The notes beneath the pieces are model-generated. The model searched no databases. It saw only the letters and a list, made by a program, of their open reading frames with translations, and was not told the DNA's origin. A stretch of 64,000 bases of DNA from positions 101,206 to 165,205 of the forward strand of contig CAVUHW010000006.1 of NCBI GenBank assembly GCA_963741205.1, written 5' to 3'. The number at the start of each line of letters is the position of its first letter. Positions within the stretch are counted from its first letter, which is position 1. This DNA comes from Nitrospirota bacterium (GTDB lineage: Bacteria; Nitrospirota; UBA9217). The translations under genes and the position numbers were made by a program. Positions 62,166 to 64,000 of this stretch are shown here, in pieces.

Positions 62166-62503
62166 GGGTAGAATTTTGTATTGTAACACGGCGGGGCGGA
62201 GGAGGGAAGGGGGAGGGGTGCAAAAAAATCGCGCTCCTGCCCCGAACGATGTTCTTGGGAGGAGTATATTTCACTTACAAGTGCGGCATGTTAGAGCGCC
62301 CTCTGGATGGCGTTTGTGATCCAAACCCTGTTTTGATGCGAGTTACTATATCCATCAGTGGGATTTTTGGGCACTTTGTTTTTATATTATGACTTTCGAA
62401 TTTAAAGGAAGTCAACATTAGTAGCAACGTTATATATGGGTAGAGCACGAGATTAGACTTCCCCAGCAAAGCATAGAATAAATCATCTTCAAGACTACCC
62501 AAA

Positions 62504-62568
62504 ATAGAAACCTCCTGCTAAGAATTAGTTTATGACGGAACTAAATTCAAGAGACAGGAGGTTTCTAT
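62504..62568 (+). promoter_or_regulatory. Hairpin sequestering the transposase RBS and start codon
   Basis: ATAGAAACCTCCTG (62504-62517) is the exact reverse complement of CAGGAGGTTTCTAT (62555-62568); inner GAATTAGTT/AACTAAATTC extends the stem. Confidence 0.8.
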
Positions 62569-63860
62569 GGAACGACTTAAATGGTATCAGACTTGGGGAG
62601 TTCCGGCAAGTCAGAAATGAGATTCGCGGCTCAACGGAGCATTTGATCGTAGGGCTGGATATCGCCAAGGAACGGCACAACGCTTTCTTCGGCACTGCAA
62701 CCGGCAAGACGCTGCACAAAGGAATGTTCTTTGAGAATACCTATGAGGGTTTTCAGAAGCTTTTGATGCAGACGGACGCGCTCAAGGTGCAGCATGGCCT
62801 GCGCAAAGTGGTTTTCGGCCTGGAGCCCACCGCCAATTACCATAAGCCCCTGGGAGAGTATTTGATCAAGGGCGGTCACCTGGTCGTCTTGGTGTCCGCG
62901 GCGGCAACATCGAAGAATCGGGAGCTTCTGGACGGCCGATGGGACAAGCACAACACCAAGGATTCCGCGAACGTGGCCGATTTGATAGCTCAGGGCAAAT
63001 GCCTGTACTACGACTGTCCGGGAGAGGAGCTGCGGTCCCTGCGGGGCCTGCTGTCCTTAAAGAAACGGCTCAAGAAAGAGGAGCACGGCCTTCGGGTCCG
63101 CATCCGCAATCAGCTTCTGGCCCAGTACTTCCCGGAGATGGACCAGCACTTCGGTTCGATGGCGAGTCTGAACGTGGTAAGCCGCTGTCTGGATCCATCG
63201 CTGATCTCCCTCATGGAATATCACGAATTCTGCCGGACAGTATCGCCCGGCAAGGTGAACCTGGCGCAGCAGAGGCGTCTTACGCAGATATGGCGGGCGG
63301 CCAAGCAGTCCATAGGCTGCATCGTCGGAGAAGCGGTGTCCGTAGAGGCCCAGATCATGGTGGCGGCTCTTAACCGAGTCCGGGAAACGATCAAGACCCT
63401 TGAGGACAAGATCGAGGACATTTGCCTGAAGTTTCCGGAGTACTAGTTTCTGCTCACGATCCCCGGGTTCGGTCCGGACGTGTCAGCCAAGGCTCTTGCC
63501 GCCATTGGAGACCCCGATCGCTTTACGAGCGGCAAGCAGGTCTTGAAGATGGCCGGTTTCGATCTGTGCGCGAACCGAAGCGGAAAGACGTCACAGAGCG
63601 CCACGCCGGTGATCTCCAAGCATGGGAAATCCGATCTCCGTTATGCGCTGTATCAGGCTGCAATGATTTCGTCACTCACGAACAGGCATTTCATGGCTTA
63701 TTACACCAATAAGCTCAGGGGCCGGGAGCGAGAGAAAGGGATCGGTATCAAAATGCGGGTGAAGCTGGCAGCGAAGCTTTTGATCATCGCCTGGACGCTG
63801 ATGAAGAAGAAGGAGCCGTTCGACCCGAAATACCTTAACCAGGGGGGTAGTAAGGTATAG
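62567..63860 (+). pseudogene. IS110-family recombinase/transposase with in-frame TAG at 63444-63446 and a +1 shift just after the ATG
   Basis: VGLDIAK, GLEPTANY, KHNTKDS (RuvC-like DEDD region); same frame resumes after the stop with LTIPGFG, IGDPDRF, AG...RSG, ISK.G...LRYALYQAA, AAKLL. Confidence 0.9.
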
Positions 63861-64000
63861 GCTGGCCCGACAGAACTCAACTACGGGCTTCTTGCGCATC
63901 CATTTTTCAAGCAAGAAGCCTCATAAACTAAATTTCGACGTAGAGAGCCCGAGACACAACGTTGAGGCGTATGACCTCGGTGGAGACAATAGAGGGCCTC

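Larger units (their letters stand above)
62260..64000 (+). mobile_element. IS110-family insertion sequence (ends not resolved)
   Basis: Transposase plus compositionally distinct non-coding flanks; no terminal IR or target duplication identified; may extend past the window. Confidence 0.7.

Noticed and set aside
62447-62470. CGTTATATA half-site resembling a ModE box near the IS110
   Set aside because: No matching second half-site at the expected spacing and no Mo-related gene adjacent

Overview
GC-rich bacterial chromosomal window, most consistent with an anaerobic Nitrospirota- or Desulfobacterota-like organism (inference from gene content only). More than 20 genes, including essential ones such as trpS, purM and ispB, are broken by single-base indels, which points to uncorrected long-read errors rather than true pseudogenes. 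Contents in order: end of a Csu-type chaperone-usher pilus locus; trpEGDCFBA; a CHASE2 adenylate cyclase plus class II cAMP phosphodiesterase pair lying between trpA and accD; MFS, DUF362 and polyferredoxin genes; larB, gpsA, lsrF with a Zn dehydrogenase and MFS; a partial T2SS/T4P set; HDAC, AMMECR1, ispB, trpS, site-2 protease, LpoA-like lipoprotein; Kelch lipoprotein; tRNA-Ala(CGC); PilZ-REC and heme-sensor GGDEF-PilZ genes; purMN; a Campylobacterota-type napAGHBD operon followed by an FmdE-ModE fusion and a MoeA-like gene; a beta-barrel, cupredoxin and GGDEF-EAL triad; uvrA; and an IS110 element with structured non-coding ends. Most notable: (1) at least six distinct families of short palindromic repeats in intergenic gaps, some inserted in frame into proteins; (2) a ModE-box-like palindrome inside the FmdE-ModE gene, with a same-spacing match upstream of napA; (3) an RBS-sequestering hairpin and candidate bridge RNA regions around the IS110.
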